Source: an uncultured Chloroflexia bacterium
GTDB lineage: Bacteria > Chloroflexota > Limnocylindria > Limnocylindrales > CSP1-4
DNA: 64,000 nt
NCBI GenBank assembly: GCA_963720715.1
Contig: CAVRGM010000001.1
Location: 419,429-483,428, forward strand
Direction of reading: 5' to 3'
Position 1 is the stretch's first letter. Every line of letters begins with the position of its first letter. Positions 17,771-27,415 of this stretch are shown here, one piece after another. The notes under the pieces were generated by a model that worked only from the letters and a program-made list of their open reading frames with translations, searched no databases and was not told the origin of the DNA. The position numbers and the translations under genes were made by a program.

Positions 17771-18699
17771 TGTCGAGGCGCGTTCCGATGCCCGTGACCG
17801 AATTCGCCAAGGTCCTGGCAGAGGCACGACGAGCGGCGACGTCGCCAGGCACGTCGGTCCCGCCAGTCGGCCCGCCCCTGGCGCTTGGTTGGGCCACGGT
17901 CGACCTCGATCGCACGACTGCCGACTTCGCCAGGGTGTTCGGTGTGCCGACGGGCGCGTTCAGAGCAGTGCCCGAGTCGGTCGCGCTCGGCGCGAGATGC
18001 ATGATGGCCGTGGACATCCTGGATCGGAACGCGTCGCTCATCCTCCTGGAGCCCTCGACCGAGGGTCGACTGACCGCGGCACTGGCGCGCTCGGGAGAAG
18101 GGCTCGTGGCGGTCTGGTACGCGGCATCCTCGACCGGCGACGGCGGCCGGGGGGTGACTCGACCCGGACCGCTTGGCCCCGAGCGAACGATCGCCGGGAC
18201 GCCGACCGATATCCCGTTCCGGCTCGTGGTCGTGGACGGGCCGGGTACCATCCCTGCCATGACCGACCAACCAGCGTTCACGTTGCGCCGAGCCGAACCC
18301 ACCGATGCGGCGTCCATCGCCAGGATGTTCACGGACGAGGGGTATCCAGCGGGTCCAAGCGACATCGTGGCTCGTCTCGGGCATTTCGGGAGCGCCGACG
18401 CACAGGTCATCGTCGCCGAGCACGACGAGGCGCTTCTCGGGTTCGTGGCCATCCACCTGCTGCCACGCTTCGAGCATGACGACTGGATCGTCCGGATCCT
18501 CGCACTCGTCGTCGATGCCGGGGCGCGAGAGCGTGGCGTGGGTCGGGCATTGATGGCCGAGGCGGAGCGGATCGGGCGAGAACGTGGAGCGGCGTTCGTC
18601 GAGCTGACGGCCGGTCACCACCGACCCGAAGCTCGCCAGTTGTACGAGTCGGTCGGCTATGACGCCACGGTCACGGCGTACCTTCGGAAGCGGCTCTGA
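17770..18699 (+). CDS. fusion protein: N-terminal glyoxalase/VOC-like region + C-terminal GNAT acetyltransferase
   Basis: TGATG junction with the upstream gene. C-terminal half MTDQPAFTLRRAEPTDAASIARMF...LVVDAGARERGVGRALMAEAERIGRERGAAFVELTAG...ARQLYESVGY. An internal ATG at 18259 could give a separate GNAT gene. Confidence 0.65.
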   Translation: MSRRVPMPVTEFAKVLAEARRAATSPGTSVPPVGPPLALGWATVDLDRTTADFARVFGVPTGAFRAVPESVALGARCMMAVDILDRNASLILLEPSTEGRLTAALARSGEGLVAVWYAASSTGDGGRGVTRPGPLGPERTIAGTPTDIPFRLVVVDGPGTIPAMTDQPAFTLRRAEPTDAASIARMFTDEGYPAGPSDIVARLGHFGSADAQVIVAEHDEALLGFVAIHLLPRFEHDDWIVRILALVVDAGARERGVGRALMAEAERIGRERGAAFVELTAGHHRPEARQLYESVGYDATVTAYLRKRL

Positions 18700-18769
18700 T
18701 CGGTCGACCCAGCAAGGTCGAACCTGCGTCGTTGAGCGGCGCGACCGTCAGTCTGTCACCATCGAGTCC

Positions 18770-19711
18770 ATGGCAAGCGAGACGATGATGGCGACCGGGA
18801 CGGTGATCTCGGTCGAGGGCCTCGTGAAGCGCTACGGCGACGTCATGGCCGTCGACGGGATCGACTTCGAGGTCCAGGCCGGCGAAGTCTTCGGCCTGCT
18901 CGGCCCGAATGGCGCGGGCAAGACCACGACCGTCGAGATCCTGGAGGGCCTGCGTCCACCGGACGGTGGTCGAGCCGTGGTCCTGGGCGTCGACGTGGCG
19001 ACTGGCGCGCAGGCCCTCAAGCCGCGGATCGGGATCAGCCTCCAGACGGCGTCGCTCTATCCCAAGCTGACCGTCGTCGAAGTCATCGACCTGTTCCGCA
19101 GTTTCTACACGGAGAGCCACGCGACCGAAGAGTTGATCGGGATGCTGGAGCTCGACGAGCGACGCAACGCCAGGACGAAGGACCTGTCCGGCGGCCAGCG
19201 ACAACGCCTCGCCGTCGCCCTCGCCCTGGTCAACGACCCCGAGTTGATCTTCCTAGACGAGCCGACGACCGGGCTCGATCCGGCCGCTCGTCGCTCGCTG
19301 TGGGATCTCATCAAGGGGCTGAAGGCGCAGGGCCGATCGGTGCTCCTGACGACCCATTACATGGAAGAAGCGGAGGTCCTGTGCGACCGGCTGGCGATCA
19401 TGGACCACGGACACATCCTCGAGATGGGCACCGTCGACGCCTTGATCTCGAAGCGGTTCAAGGAACGTGCGGTCCGGTTCGATGCCATCGAGTCGATCGA
19501 TGAGCCGGCGTTCGCCGCGCTGCCGGCGGTCAGCTCCGTGATGCGTGATGGTGATGCGATGCTGCTGTACACCGCCGACGTCGCGGCGACCGTCGGCGCC
19601 CTGATCGAACTGACCGAAGCGCATGGCATGGAGCCGCGCGACCTGGGCATCCGGCGGGCGACGCTCGAAGACGTCTTTCTCGACCTGACCGGCCGGGCGC
19701 TGCGCGACTGA
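18770..19711 (+). CDS. ABC transporter ATP-binding protein (ABC-2/drug-exporter type)
   Basis: Walker A GPNGAGKTT, signature LSGGQRQRL, Walker B LIFLDEPTTGLD. Confidence 0.9.
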   Translation: MASETMMATGTVISVEGLVKRYGDVMAVDGIDFEVQAGEVFGLLGPNGAGKTTTVEILEGLRPPDGGRAVVLGVDVATGAQALKPRIGISLQTASLYPKLTVVEVIDLFRSFYTESHATEELIGMLELDERRNARTKDLSGGQRQRLAVALALVNDPELIFLDEPTTGLDPAARRSLWDLIKGLKAQGRSVLLTTHYMEEAEVLCDRLAIMDHGHILEMGTVDALISKRFKERAVRFDAIESIDEPAFAALPAVSSVMRDGDAMLLYTADVAATVGALIELTEAHGMEPRDLGIRRATLEDVFLDLTGRALRD

Positions 19712-19727
19712 AGGGAGCGAGAACCCG

Positions 19728-20819
19728 ATGCAGGCCCTCCTTGCCCTCACGCTGGCCAACATCCGGAGCTATACGCGCGACCGGGCGGCGGTGTTCTGGA
19801 CCCTCGCCTTCCCGCTCGTCTTCATCGTGCTATTCGGTCTCATCTTCCAGGGCGGTGACAGTAGCCGGCTGACCCTCGGATGGGTCGATGACGACAAGTC
19901 CGCCGCAGCGCAGGAGTTGCGCGCCGGCTTCAGTGCACTCGAAGGCGTCTTCGTCGTGGATTCCACGCTCGAAACGGCGCTGGAAGACATGCGCACGAGT
20001 GATGTCGACGCCGTCATCGTGGTCCCCGCTGGATATGGCGCCACGCTCGATGCCGACAGGGCCGACGGCGGCCAGCCGGCCAGCATCGCCATCTACACGG
20101 ATCCATCCCAGCCGGGCTTGCAGGGGACCGTCTACCAGGCTGCCGGGACGGTGCTGGGCGTGGTCAACCTCGGTGGCAAGCCGCCGCTCGTGGTCCCGAA
20201 CCCCCAGACCGTCCAGACCGAGAACGTCAATGCCATCAGCTACTTCGTCCCGAGCATGCTCGCGCTGTCGATCATGCAGGTCGGCATCTTCGCGGCCATC
20301 CCGCTTGTCGGCGATCGCGAGAAGCTGATCCTCAAGCGGCTGGCGGCCACCCCCCTCCGGCGTTGGCAGTTGGTCGGCTCCAACGTGCTGATGCGGATCC
20401 TGATCGCATTCGCCCAGGCGATCATCATCGTCGCCGTCGGCGCTCTCGCGTTCGGGGTCGAGATCGTCGGGAGTCTGATCCTGGTCGCGGCGTTCGTCAC
20501 ATTGGGTGCGATGGCGTTCCTCGCCCTCGGCTATGTCATCGCTTCGTTCGCCAAGACCGAGGACGCCGCCAATGGCATGACCTCGATGATCCAGTTCCCG
20601 ATGATGTTCCTGTCCGGGGCATTCTTCCGGATCGACGACATGCCCCAATTCCTGCAGGGCGTGGCTCGGATCATCCCCCTGACCTATCTCGCCGACGCGC
20701 TGCGCCAGGTCATGGTCGGCGGTGCGGCATTCGCCCCGTTGTGGGTTTGCGCGGCAGTCCTGATCGGTTGGCTGGTCGTCTGCTTCGGGATCGCGTCGCG
20801 GAAATTCGCCTGGCAATAG
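19728..20819 (+). CDS. ABC-2 type transporter permease
   Basis: N-terminal TM, large extracytoplasmic loop, then 5 C-terminal TM segments (...FVPSMLALSIMQVGIFAAIPLVGDREKLILKRL...). Confidence 0.85.
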   Translation: MQALLALTLANIRSYTRDRAAVFWTLAFPLVFIVLFGLIFQGGDSSRLTLGWVDDDKSAAAQELRAGFSALEGVFVVDSTLETALEDMRTSDVDAVIVVPAGYGATLDADRADGGQPASIAIYTDPSQPGLQGTVYQAAGTVLGVVNLGGKPPLVVPNPQTVQTENVNAISYFVPSMLALSIMQVGIFAAIPLVGDREKLILKRLAATPLRRWQLVGSNVLMRILIAFAQAIIIVAVGALAFGVEIVGSLILVAAFVTLGAMAFLALGYVIASFAKTEDAANGMTSMIQFPMMFLSGAFFRIDDMPQFLQGVARIIPLTYLADALRQVMVGGAAFAPLWVCAAVLIGWLVVCFGIASRKFAWQ

Positions 20820-20833
20820 CGGTTCCGACCGCC

Positions 20834-21373
20834 CTACCAGTGCTCCTCCCGAACGATCTCGGCGAGATCGCGGCGACCACCGGCGACCGGTGGACGGGTC
20901 AGGTCGGCAGGGTCCGCCGGGTACCCGAACGAAAGCAGATATTCGCAGTGCTGGTCCGCCGGATACGCCAGGAGTCGACGCGCGAGCGCGTGCTCGTAGA
21001 CGGTGGCTGGAACGCTTCCGATGCCCAGCTCCCACGCCGCAAGCATCATGTTCTGCGCAGCTTGTCCGAGGTCGAACAAGATCGACTTGGGCGCGTCCGG
21101 GGCGCTGGGATCAGGGGTGACGAGGGCGATCGCGATGGCAGCGCCGGCCAGGTGACCCGCCGTCGGACCGACGGCTGCGAGCTGGTTGAGATGGTCGCGG
21201 TCGCGACAGACGATGAACGTCCAGCGCTGGAGGTTCTTGCTGCTGCCGGAATGTCGGCCGGCCGCCACGATACGTTCAACGTGCTCGGACTCGAGCGGTC
21301 GCGTGTCGAACCGACGGATCGCCCGCTTGCTGGCGATGGCCAGCCAGACGGGAGCGGGTCCGGGGCTGGTCAC
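20834..21373 (-). CDS. nitroreductase family protein
   Basis: ...IASKRAIRRFDTRPLESEHVERIVAAGRHSGSSKNLQRWTFIV...QAAQNMMLAAWELGIGS. GTGA overlap with the upstream hydrolase gene. Confidence 0.85.
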   Translation of the reverse strand: MTSPGPAPVWLAIASKRAIRRFDTRPLESEHVERIVAAGRHSGSSKNLQRWTFIVCRDRDHLNQLAAVGPTAGHLAGAAIAIALVTPDPSAPDAPKSILFDLGQAAQNMMLAAWELGIGSVPATVYEHALARRLLAYPADQHCEYLLSFGYPADPADLTRPPVAGGRRDLAEIVREEHW

Positions 21374-22467
21374 GCCCTGTCCTCATTCGATGTCTGGCTC
21401 CGCGTCGCGCCAGGCAGGGCGACCCGGGCCAGCGTTCGGAACCCACCGGACGTCGACTCCACGGCGTCGAATGCGGCCTCACCGTCCGGGATCCGCACGG
21501 CCTCGGTGGCCGCGGCGATCGAGGCGGCCGTCTCCGGATCCAGCGGCCCACCGAGCGCCCGCGTGAGGAACGCCGCCACGCTGCCGCGATACCCCGGATC
21601 CTCGTACAACCACGAGTGCTGGCCGCCCGCCACGACGAGCGTCTCGATCTCGGACGCCACTGCCTGGTCGGATCGGGCAGCCCGCGCCGACTCGGCCAAT
21701 CGGTCCAGGTGGGACGGCGGGACCACGACGTCGTCGGCCCCGTGGGCCAACAGGATGGGTCCGTCGTACCGCGCCACCGCCGTGGCCGCACTGATGTCGT
21801 CGACCGTGTGGCCGCGGGGACTGAGGTAGACCCGGGTGGTCAGCCAGGCCAGCGGATAGGCGATCGGATCCGGGATCGGCAAGTGGGCGAGTCGGAACGT
21901 CTGGCGCGTCAGGCGGTACGGGTCTGCCGGGGTCGATGTGGCCACGACGGCAGCGACCCGACCATCGGCCGCGCCGGCGAGGATCGCGCCGATGGCCCCC
22001 ATCGAATGTCCGGAGATGGCTCCCACGGTGACTTCGGGTCGATCGAGCAAGGCCCCGAACGCGGCGAGCGTGTCGCTGCCGAACTCACCGGCACTCAGCG
22101 GCAGGGCTTCGGCGGGGTTCGCGCCGTGACCGCGGACGTCGAAGGTGAGGCAGTGGAAGCCGGCGGCATGCAGGAACACGGCCATCGGCAGGGTCCGGTC
22201 GCGGGCCGATTCCCAGCCATGGACGATGACGACCCCCGGACCGGGCTGTCCATCCCGGGCAGGGATGAACCACGCCGGCAACTCCAGCCCGTCAGATCGG
22301 ACCTGGACCGATTCGTAGGGCAGGCCGAGGTCGGTCGGCAGCACCGTCGGCGGTTGCCGGCGCGGGTAGCCGGCCCGGACTCGGTAGGCCAGTGCGAAGC
22401 GGTAGGCGAGGCCGAGCGGGGCCATCGCCGCCGCAGCCGCCAAGCCCGCCCGTCGAGCGGTTCCCAT
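21370..22467 (-). CDS. alpha/beta hydrolase
   Basis: ...GVVIVHGWES...nucleophile elbow GHSMGA...LLAHGADDVVVP...H. Start uncertain (candidates 22548, 22467, 22425); 22467 was chosen to avoid overlapping the divergent J-domain gene. Confidence 0.75.
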   Translation of the reverse strand: MGTARRAGLAAAAAMAPLGLAYRFALAYRVRAGYPRRQPPTVLPTDLGLPYESVQVRSDGLELPAWFIPARDGQPGPGVVIVHGWESARDRTLPMAVFLHAAGFHCLTFDVRGHGANPAEALPLSAGEFGSDTLAAFGALLDRPEVTVGAISGHSMGAIGAILAGAADGRVAAVVATSTPADPYRLTRQTFRLAHLPIPDPIAYPLAWLTTRVYLSPRGHTVDDISAATAVARYDGPILLAHGADDVVVPPSHLDRLAESARAARSDQAVASEIETLVVAGGQHSWLYEDPGYRGSVAAFLTRALGGPLDPETAASIAAATEAVRIPDGEAAFDAVESTSGGFRTLARVALPGATRSQTSNEDRA

Positions 22468-22541
22468 ACGGAGTAGGGGACGCCACGCGGACCACGCTGT
22501 CAAGTCGCGCTGCCGTCGCCTGGCCAATACACTCGCCGGTG

Positions 22542-23267
22542 ATGGCACGACGAGATCCGCGAGATGTGTTGGGCGTGGAGGCGGGTGCCTCGCCGGCCCA
22601 GATCAAGGCAGCCTGGCGCCGACTCGCTCGCGCCAATCATCCGGACCTGACCGGCGACGATCCGGCGGCGTCGAGGCTGGCGACTCGTCGGATGGCCGAG
22701 ATCAACGACGCGTACGCCGACCTGACACGTGGCGGTGGCGACCCGAGTCGACGAACGACTGGCGGCGAGGACGAGACACCATTCGAACCGGGCGTCGCGC
22801 GCCGACAGGGTGGTCCGCCGAAGCCGAAGCCGACGACGCCGGTGACCGGCCGGGTCGACACGAGCCATACCTTCCGAGAACGCAACCGGGCGGTCTCGGG
22901 CAGTGGAGCACGACCGCCTCTGACCGGCCAGCCGCCGCGTCGAGCTGATGTCGTGGGACGCGAGCCGCCGCGGGCATCGACCCCGACCGGCCCGCTCGTC
23001 CGCGGCCGACTCCGTCGATTCCGCCGGCCGCCCGCCCCGACCATCGGCGAAGCCGCCGCGATGGTCATCACCTTCGGAAAGTTCCACGATCACACGCTGG
23101 GCGAGATCGCCGCGTTCGAACCGTCCTATATCGATTGGCTGGCCGGGACCGTCAGTCGAGATCCGGACCTTGCCGGTGCCGCCCGGGTCATCCAGGCCGA
23201 TCTTGACCGACGGGGCATCCGCCGACGAACGCATCCGACGTCGGAGCGACGCAATCGAACGGCCTGA
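22542..23267 (+). CDS. J-domain (DnaJ-like) protein with C-terminal DUF3820-like domain
   Basis: MARRDPRDVLGVEAGASPAQIKAAWRRLARANHPDL (HPD motif), low-complexity linker, then ITFGKFHDHTLGEIAAFEPSYIDWL. Confidence 0.8.
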   Translation: MARRDPRDVLGVEAGASPAQIKAAWRRLARANHPDLTGDDPAASRLATRRMAEINDAYADLTRGGGDPSRRTTGGEDETPFEPGVARRQGGPPKPKPTTPVTGRVDTSHTFRERNRAVSGSGARPPLTGQPPRRADVVGREPPRASTPTGPLVRGRLRRFRRPPAPTIGEAAAMVITFGKFHDHTLGEIAAFEPSYIDWLAGTVSRDPDLAGAARVIQADLDRRGIRRRTHPTSERRNRTA

Positions 23268-23292
23268 GGCCGGAAAGAGGCCGGAAACGCGA

Positions 23293-23320
23293 GATCGCCC
23301 CCCGATACCGGAGGGCGATC
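23293..23320 (+). terminator. candidate terminator hairpin after the J-domain gene
   Basis: gatcgccc-(12 nt)-gggcgatc, 8-bp perfect stem; no U-tract. Confidence 0.3.
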
Positions 23321-23664
23321 GTGACGCTGATGAAGCCTGATAAGCGCTGCCGCCCCGACGGTCACCAGGCCTGTTGGCCGAAGACCAGTTACTCGGCTCG
23401 TGAGCTGGATCCGGGATCGATCACCCGAACCTCCTCGGGCGATTCCGTTTCCAGTTCCGTGACCGACGCCCCAGGTATCTCCCGGTTCGATCGCGGGGTG
23501 GCGTAGGGAGAAAGCTACGCGCCGCGACCCCGGAGGGCAATGGTCCCCTTGTCCCTATCTGACGTCGTCGAAGGTCGGGCGCATCCTGGCACCAAGACGG
23601 GACGCTGGTACCAGGTGCTCACGGGCACCACCCTCGGTCGAGGACGGTTTCCGCGGCGTCCGGC

Positions 23665-23670
23665 TACCCT
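23665..23670 (+). promoter_or_regulatory. -10-like hexamer TACCCT, 7 nt before GTG 23678
   Basis: TANNNT at fixed spacing. Confidence 0.35.
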
Positions 23671-23677
23671 TTCGCTC

Positions 23678-24256
23678 GTGCCCTCCCGTATCCGATCGTC
23701 GCTTCTCTGCCTCGTCCTCGGGACTGCGGCCGCCTGCACGGCGGGTGCGACGCCGTCGTTCGATCCGACCGGGACGTGTCTGTCCGATGGCCGAGCGGCG
23801 GGTGCATACCCGGAACTCGAGACGCTGGTGCCGAAGACGTACATGGATGGGCCACCGGAGACCCTGGACTCGGGTCGCAACTGCAGTGCGGACAACCTGG
23901 GTTCGTTGGCCAGCCAAGGCATCTCGGAGGTACGCTTCGCGGGTGGGACCTGGACGTTCGGTGCCGAACGGGCGGCCGTCCTGGCGGTATTCCAGGGCGA
24001 CGGACTGGAAGCCAGCGCGTTGGCCGACTTCTACGATCGGAGTGCCCAGGAGGCGTCTCGCACCGATATCACCGCGCGGTATGACGTGATGGTTGCCGGC
24101 CGGCCCGGCCGCCGGCTCGACACCAAGACCGGTGAGCGGGTGCAGACGGTCATCGTGTGGCCGAGTGAGCAACCCGATGCGGTCGATGTCGTGATCACGA
24201 ATGATCTGCCCGACGCCCGGATCCAGGATGCCGTCAATGCGTTCGAGGGCCGCTGA
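23678..24256 (+). CDS. putative lipoprotein, unknown function
   Basis: VPSRIRSSLLCLVLGTAAAC: signal peptide with lipobox LGTAAAC. The mature part is protein-like. ATG 23540 of the ORF track would add 46 non-signal residues. Confidence 0.6.
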   Translation: MPSRIRSSLLCLVLGTAAACTAGATPSFDPTGTCLSDGRAAGAYPELETLVPKTYMDGPPETLDSGRNCSADNLGSLASQGISEVRFAGGTWTFGAERAAVLAVFQGDGLEASALADFYDRSAQEASRTDITARYDVMVAGRPGRRLDTKTGERVQTVIVWPSEQPDAVDVVITNDLPDARIQDAVNAFEGR

Positions 24257-24507
24257 TGTACCGCTTCGTGGTCAGGCATGGGCTTGTCCGGCTGATCGGC
24301 GGTCGGGCGGTCCCGGCGATGCTCTTGTGGGATCTGGCGGTCCTGGCCAACCGGACCCGCCGGATCCCGATCGTCGATCGGGGCCTGCGGCGCGGGATCG
24401 GCGTCGCGCGCCGGGCTGCGTCCGACGCGGTGCCGGACGCGGTCGCCGGCCGATCGATCCGACGGCGCACGCGCCAGGGCGGCCCGCGACCCGACGGTCC
24501 CGACTGA
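24256..24507 (+). CDS. hypothetical small protein
   Basis: TGATG junction with the lipoprotein gene; one hydrophobic segment ([14 protein letters not shown]), otherwise Arg-rich. Weak support. Confidence 0.35.
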   Translation: MYRFVVRHGLVRLIGGRAVPAMLLWDLAVLANRTRRIPIVDRGLRRGIGVARRAASDAVPDAVAGRSIRRRTRQGGPRPDGPD

Positions 24508-24525
24508 ACGGCGGGCGGCCCGTGC

Positions 24526-24531
24526 TAGAGT
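24526..24531 (+). promoter_or_regulatory. -10-like hexamer TAGAGT, 7 nt before ATG 24539
   Basis: TANNNT at fixed spacing. Confidence 0.4.
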
Positions 24532-24538
24532 CGAGGTC

Positions 24539-26230
24539 ATGACCGATCGATCGGCCGACTGGGACGAGCGACGTCGCGCCTGGGAGGCCGAACGCTTCAA
24601 GCCGGCCCTCGCTCGGAGCCCGGAGCGGCGGACACGGTTCTCGACGATCAGCGACATGCCGATCGAACCGCTGTACGGGCCATGGTCGTCGGCCGACGCA
24701 GCGGATCCGGCAGACCGGATCGGCCTGCCCGGCGAGCCGCCATTCACTCGGGGGATCCATCCCGGCGGCTACCGGAGCCGACTCTGGACGATGCGCATGT
24801 TCGCCGGTTTCGGCGCCGCCGAGGATACGAATGCCCGGTTCCGGCAGTTGCTGGCGGCGGGCCAGACCGGCCTGTCGATCGCCTATGACATGCCGACGCT
24901 GTACGGCTATGACACGGACGACCCTGAGGCGGAAGGTGAGTTCGGGACATGCGGCGTGGCCGTCTCCAGCCTGGCCGATATGGAGGTCCTGCTGGCCGGT
25001 CTGCCGCTGGACCGGATCTCGACCTCGATGACGATCAATTCGCCGGCGGCCCCGATCTGGGCGATGTATATCGCGGCCGCGGAGAAGGCCGGCGTGCCGC
25101 GGGACCGACTCGAAGGGACGACCCAGAACGACATCCTCAAGGAGTTCGTGGCCCAGAAGGAGTTCCTGTTCCCGCCTGAACCGTCGATGCGGCTGGTGAC
25201 CGACACCATCGAGTTCGGGACTCGCGAATTGCCGCGCTGGAATACCGTCTCGATCTCCGGCTATCACATCCGCGAGGCGGGTTCGACCGCGGTCCAGGAA
25301 CTCGCTTTCACGATCGCCGACGGGATGGCGTACGTCGAGGCCGCCATCGAGCGCGGCCTCCGGGTCGATGATTTCGCGCCACGGCTCAGCTTCTTCTTCA
25401 ACAGCCATAGCGACTTCTTCGAGGAAGTCGCGAAGTTCCGCGCTTCGCGCCGGATCTGGTACACGCTGATGTCTGACCGATACGGAGCCGAGAACGAGCG
25501 TTCGACGTGGATGCGATTCCATACCCAGACCGCCGGTGTTTCGCTCACCCCGCAGCAGCCGCTCAACAACCTGACCAGGGTGGCCCTGCAGGCCCTGGCC
25601 GCGGTGCTTGGCGGGACCCAGTCGCTGCACACCGACGCCTATGACGAGGCGCTCGCGGTCCCGACCGCGGAAGCCGCCATGCTGGCGCTCCGCCAGCAGC
25701 AGATCATCGCCGAGGAAAGCGGTGTCGATGCCACGGTCGACCCGCTCGGCGGCTCGTGGTTCGTGGAGGCGTTGACCGACGAGACCGAGCGCCAGGTGTG
25801 GCGCTACCTTGACGAGATCGACCGGCGCGGCGGGATGGTGGCGGCCATCACCGAGGGCTACCCGCAGCACGAGATCGCCGATGCCGCCTATCGCTACCAG
25901 CGCGAGTTCGACGCCGGCGACCGACGAGTCGTCGGCATCAACGCCTATCGCGACGCGGCGGAAGTGACCCAGGTCCCCGTCCTGTCCGTGCCGGCCGGAT
26001 CAGAGGAGCGACAACGGGCGCGCCTGGACCGGACGCGCCAGGATCGGGATGGGTCGGCCGTCGAGGCCGCGTTGCGCGGGCTCCGCGAGGCCGCCACGAG
26101 ACCCGGCTCGAGCGAGGATAACCTGATGCCGCACTTCATCCGGTGCGCCGAGGCGTATGCCACGCTCGGTGAGCAGTGTGCGGTCCTCCGGGAAGTGTTC
26201 GGCGAATATCGCGAACCGGTCGCCGTCTGA
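24539..26230 (+). CDS. B12-dependent acyl-CoA mutase, large (substrate-binding) subunit; not MCM-type at the key residues
   Basis: ...[26 protein letters not shown]...[10 protein letters not shown]...[26 protein letters not shown]...[11 protein letters not shown]...[17 protein letters not shown]. 563 aa with no B12 domain. Confidence 0.9.
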   Translation: MTDRSADWDERRRAWEAERFKPALARSPERRTRFSTISDMPIEPLYGPWSSADAADPADRIGLPGEPPFTRGIHPGGYRSRLWTMRMFAGFGAAEDTNARFRQLLAAGQTGLSIAYDMPTLYGYDTDDPEAEGEFGTCGVAVSSLADMEVLLAGLPLDRISTSMTINSPAAPIWAMYIAAAEKAGVPRDRLEGTTQNDILKEFVAQKEFLFPPEPSMRLVTDTIEFGTRELPRWNTVSISGYHIREAGSTAVQELAFTIADGMAYVEAAIERGLRVDDFAPRLSFFFNSHSDFFEEVAKFRASRRIWYTLMSDRYGAENERSTWMRFHTQTAGVSLTPQQPLNNLTRVALQALAAVLGGTQSLHTDAYDEALAVPTAEAAMLALRQQQIIAEESGVDATVDPLGGSWFVEALTDETERQVWRYLDEIDRRGGMVAAITEGYPQHEIADAAYRYQREFDAGDRRVVGINAYRDAAEVTQVPVLSVPAGSEERQRARLDRTRQDRDGSAVEAALRGLREAATRPGSSEDNLMPHFIRCAEAYATLGEQCAVLREVFGEYREPVAV

Positions 26231-26712
26231 TGTATCTCAGTTCGATGGAGTTCCTCGAGGAGGAGCGTGACGCGTGGCGGCCGTTCGAGGCCCTTGCCGA
26301 CCTGACCGACGAGGCGCTCGGCGTGCCGGTCGATGGTGCCCATGGCTGGTCGGGCCGCGACCTGATGGGCCATCTGCTCGCCTGGCAGGGTGTCGCGCTG
26401 CAGGTCGCCACGGAGCTTGCGGTCAACGAGACGAGTCCGACCATCGCCCGCGTGGACGCGGACTGGAAGGCGCGTGGCGGGGAGGTCGTCAATGCGGAGA
26501 TCGACGCGACCTGGGCCGCGATGACGATGGCCGACCTGCGCGAGTCGTTCCGGACCCAGCCGGGTGAACTGCGCGGCTACCTGACGGTCGTGCCCGAGAC
26601 CCGCTGGCTCAAGCATGCCGACAACCTGCGGGCGATCAGCGAGGAGACCATCGGCCACTACGAGGAGCATCGGGCGGAACTCGAGGCGATCCTCGCCGCG
26701 GCGGGTCGGTGA
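26230..26712 (+). CDS. DinB-like / mycothiol-maleylpyruvate-isomerase N-terminal-domain family protein
   Basis: ...WSGRDLMGHLLAWQ...ETIGHYEEHRAEL. TGATG junction with the mutase gene. Confidence 0.7.
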   Translation: MYLSSMEFLEEERDAWRPFEALADLTDEALGVPVDGAHGWSGRDLMGHLLAWQGVALQVATELAVNETSPTIARVDADWKARGGEVVNAEIDATWAAMTMADLRESFRTQPGELRGYLTVVPETRWLKHADNLRAISEETIGHYEEHRAELEAILAAAGR

Positions 26713-27023
26713 CCCTGGCCGATCGGTTGACCGCCGCCGCGGCCGACCTGCCTGGTGCCGAGCCGTCGACGGCCTCCGACGGCAGCCTGATCTGGTCGCG
26801 GAGCGGCAGGCCGTTCGCGGTCATGTCGGCCGATGGCGCCGTCGCCGAATTCGGGCTTGATCCCGCTGTCGCGGATGCTGCACGTCGGACCCCCGACGTC
26901 GATGGGTCAGCACGGGGGCCGGGTTGGGTCAGGCTCGCCCCGAACGAACTGGACGGCGAGACGGTGGATCGGGCGGTCGCCTGGTTGGCGTCCGCTTACC
27001 GGCGGCTGAAGCCTCGGGACTGA
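26709..27023 (+). CDS. hypothetical protein
   Basis: GTGA overlap with the upstream gene; 104 aa, family not recognised. Confidence 0.45.
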   Translation: MTLADRLTAAAADLPGAEPSTASDGSLIWSRSGRPFAVMSADGAVAEFGLDPAVADAARRTPDVDGSARGPGWVRLAPNELDGETVDRAVAWLASAYRRLKPRD

Positions 27024-27044
27024 CCCCGGGGTTCGAACGGTCGG

Positions 27045-27392
27045 TCAGTCGGCCGCGACCGGCGCGTACTCGCTGAGTCCGAACTCACGCTCAAGGACGT
27101 CGAGCGGCCGGAACCCGGGGCGCCCCATCGGCTGCTTGCCGCCACCGGGGAAGAAGGCGATGAACGGGATGCTCAGGACATTGAAGTGCTGCGATGCCCG
27201 CGGATTCGCATCGACATCGATCTTGACGACCTCGATGACGCCGTCGTACTTCTCCGCGGCCTTCTCGATCTCCGGCGCGACCATCTTGCAGGGCTGGCAC
27301 CAGCCGGCCCAGAAGTCGACGAGGACGGGCTTCTCGTTGTTGAGGACCAGATCCATATAGGTCTCGTCGGTCGCGTGCTTGATCTCTGCCAT
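27045..27392 (-). CDS. trxA: thioredoxin (active site WCQPC)
   Basis: ...KPVLVDFWAGWCQPCKMVAPEIEKAAEKY...VVKIDVDANP...FNVLSIPF. Confidence 0.9.
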   Translation of the reverse strand: MAEIKHATDETYMDLVLNNEKPVLVDFWAGWCQPCKMVAPEIEKAAEKYDGVIEVVKIDVDANPRASQHFNVLSIPFIAFFPGGGKQPMGRPGFRPLDVLEREFGLSEYAPVAAD

Positions 27393-27415
27393 GAATCAGA
27401 TCCCTTTCGTGTGCG

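Noticed and set aside
19830-21035. 401-aa minus-strand ORF.
   Set aside because: It is antisense to the ABC-2 permease gene and is not protein-like.
23268-23677. Possible RNase P RNA, tmRNA or SRP RNA in the 410-bp gap.
   Set aside because: The hallmark motifs are absent on both strands: GAGGAAAGTCC-type for RNase P, a tRNA-like 3' end with a paired T arm and CCA for tmRNA, and GGAAGCAGCC-type for SRP.
24272-25870. 532-aa minus-strand ORF.
   Set aside because: It is antisense to the acyl-CoA mutase large subunit, whose identity is unambiguous.
27024-27044. ggggttcgaacgg as a tRNA fragment or att site.
   Set aside because: Only the 8-nt T-loop-like core matches, with no flanking similarity to either tRNA in the window.
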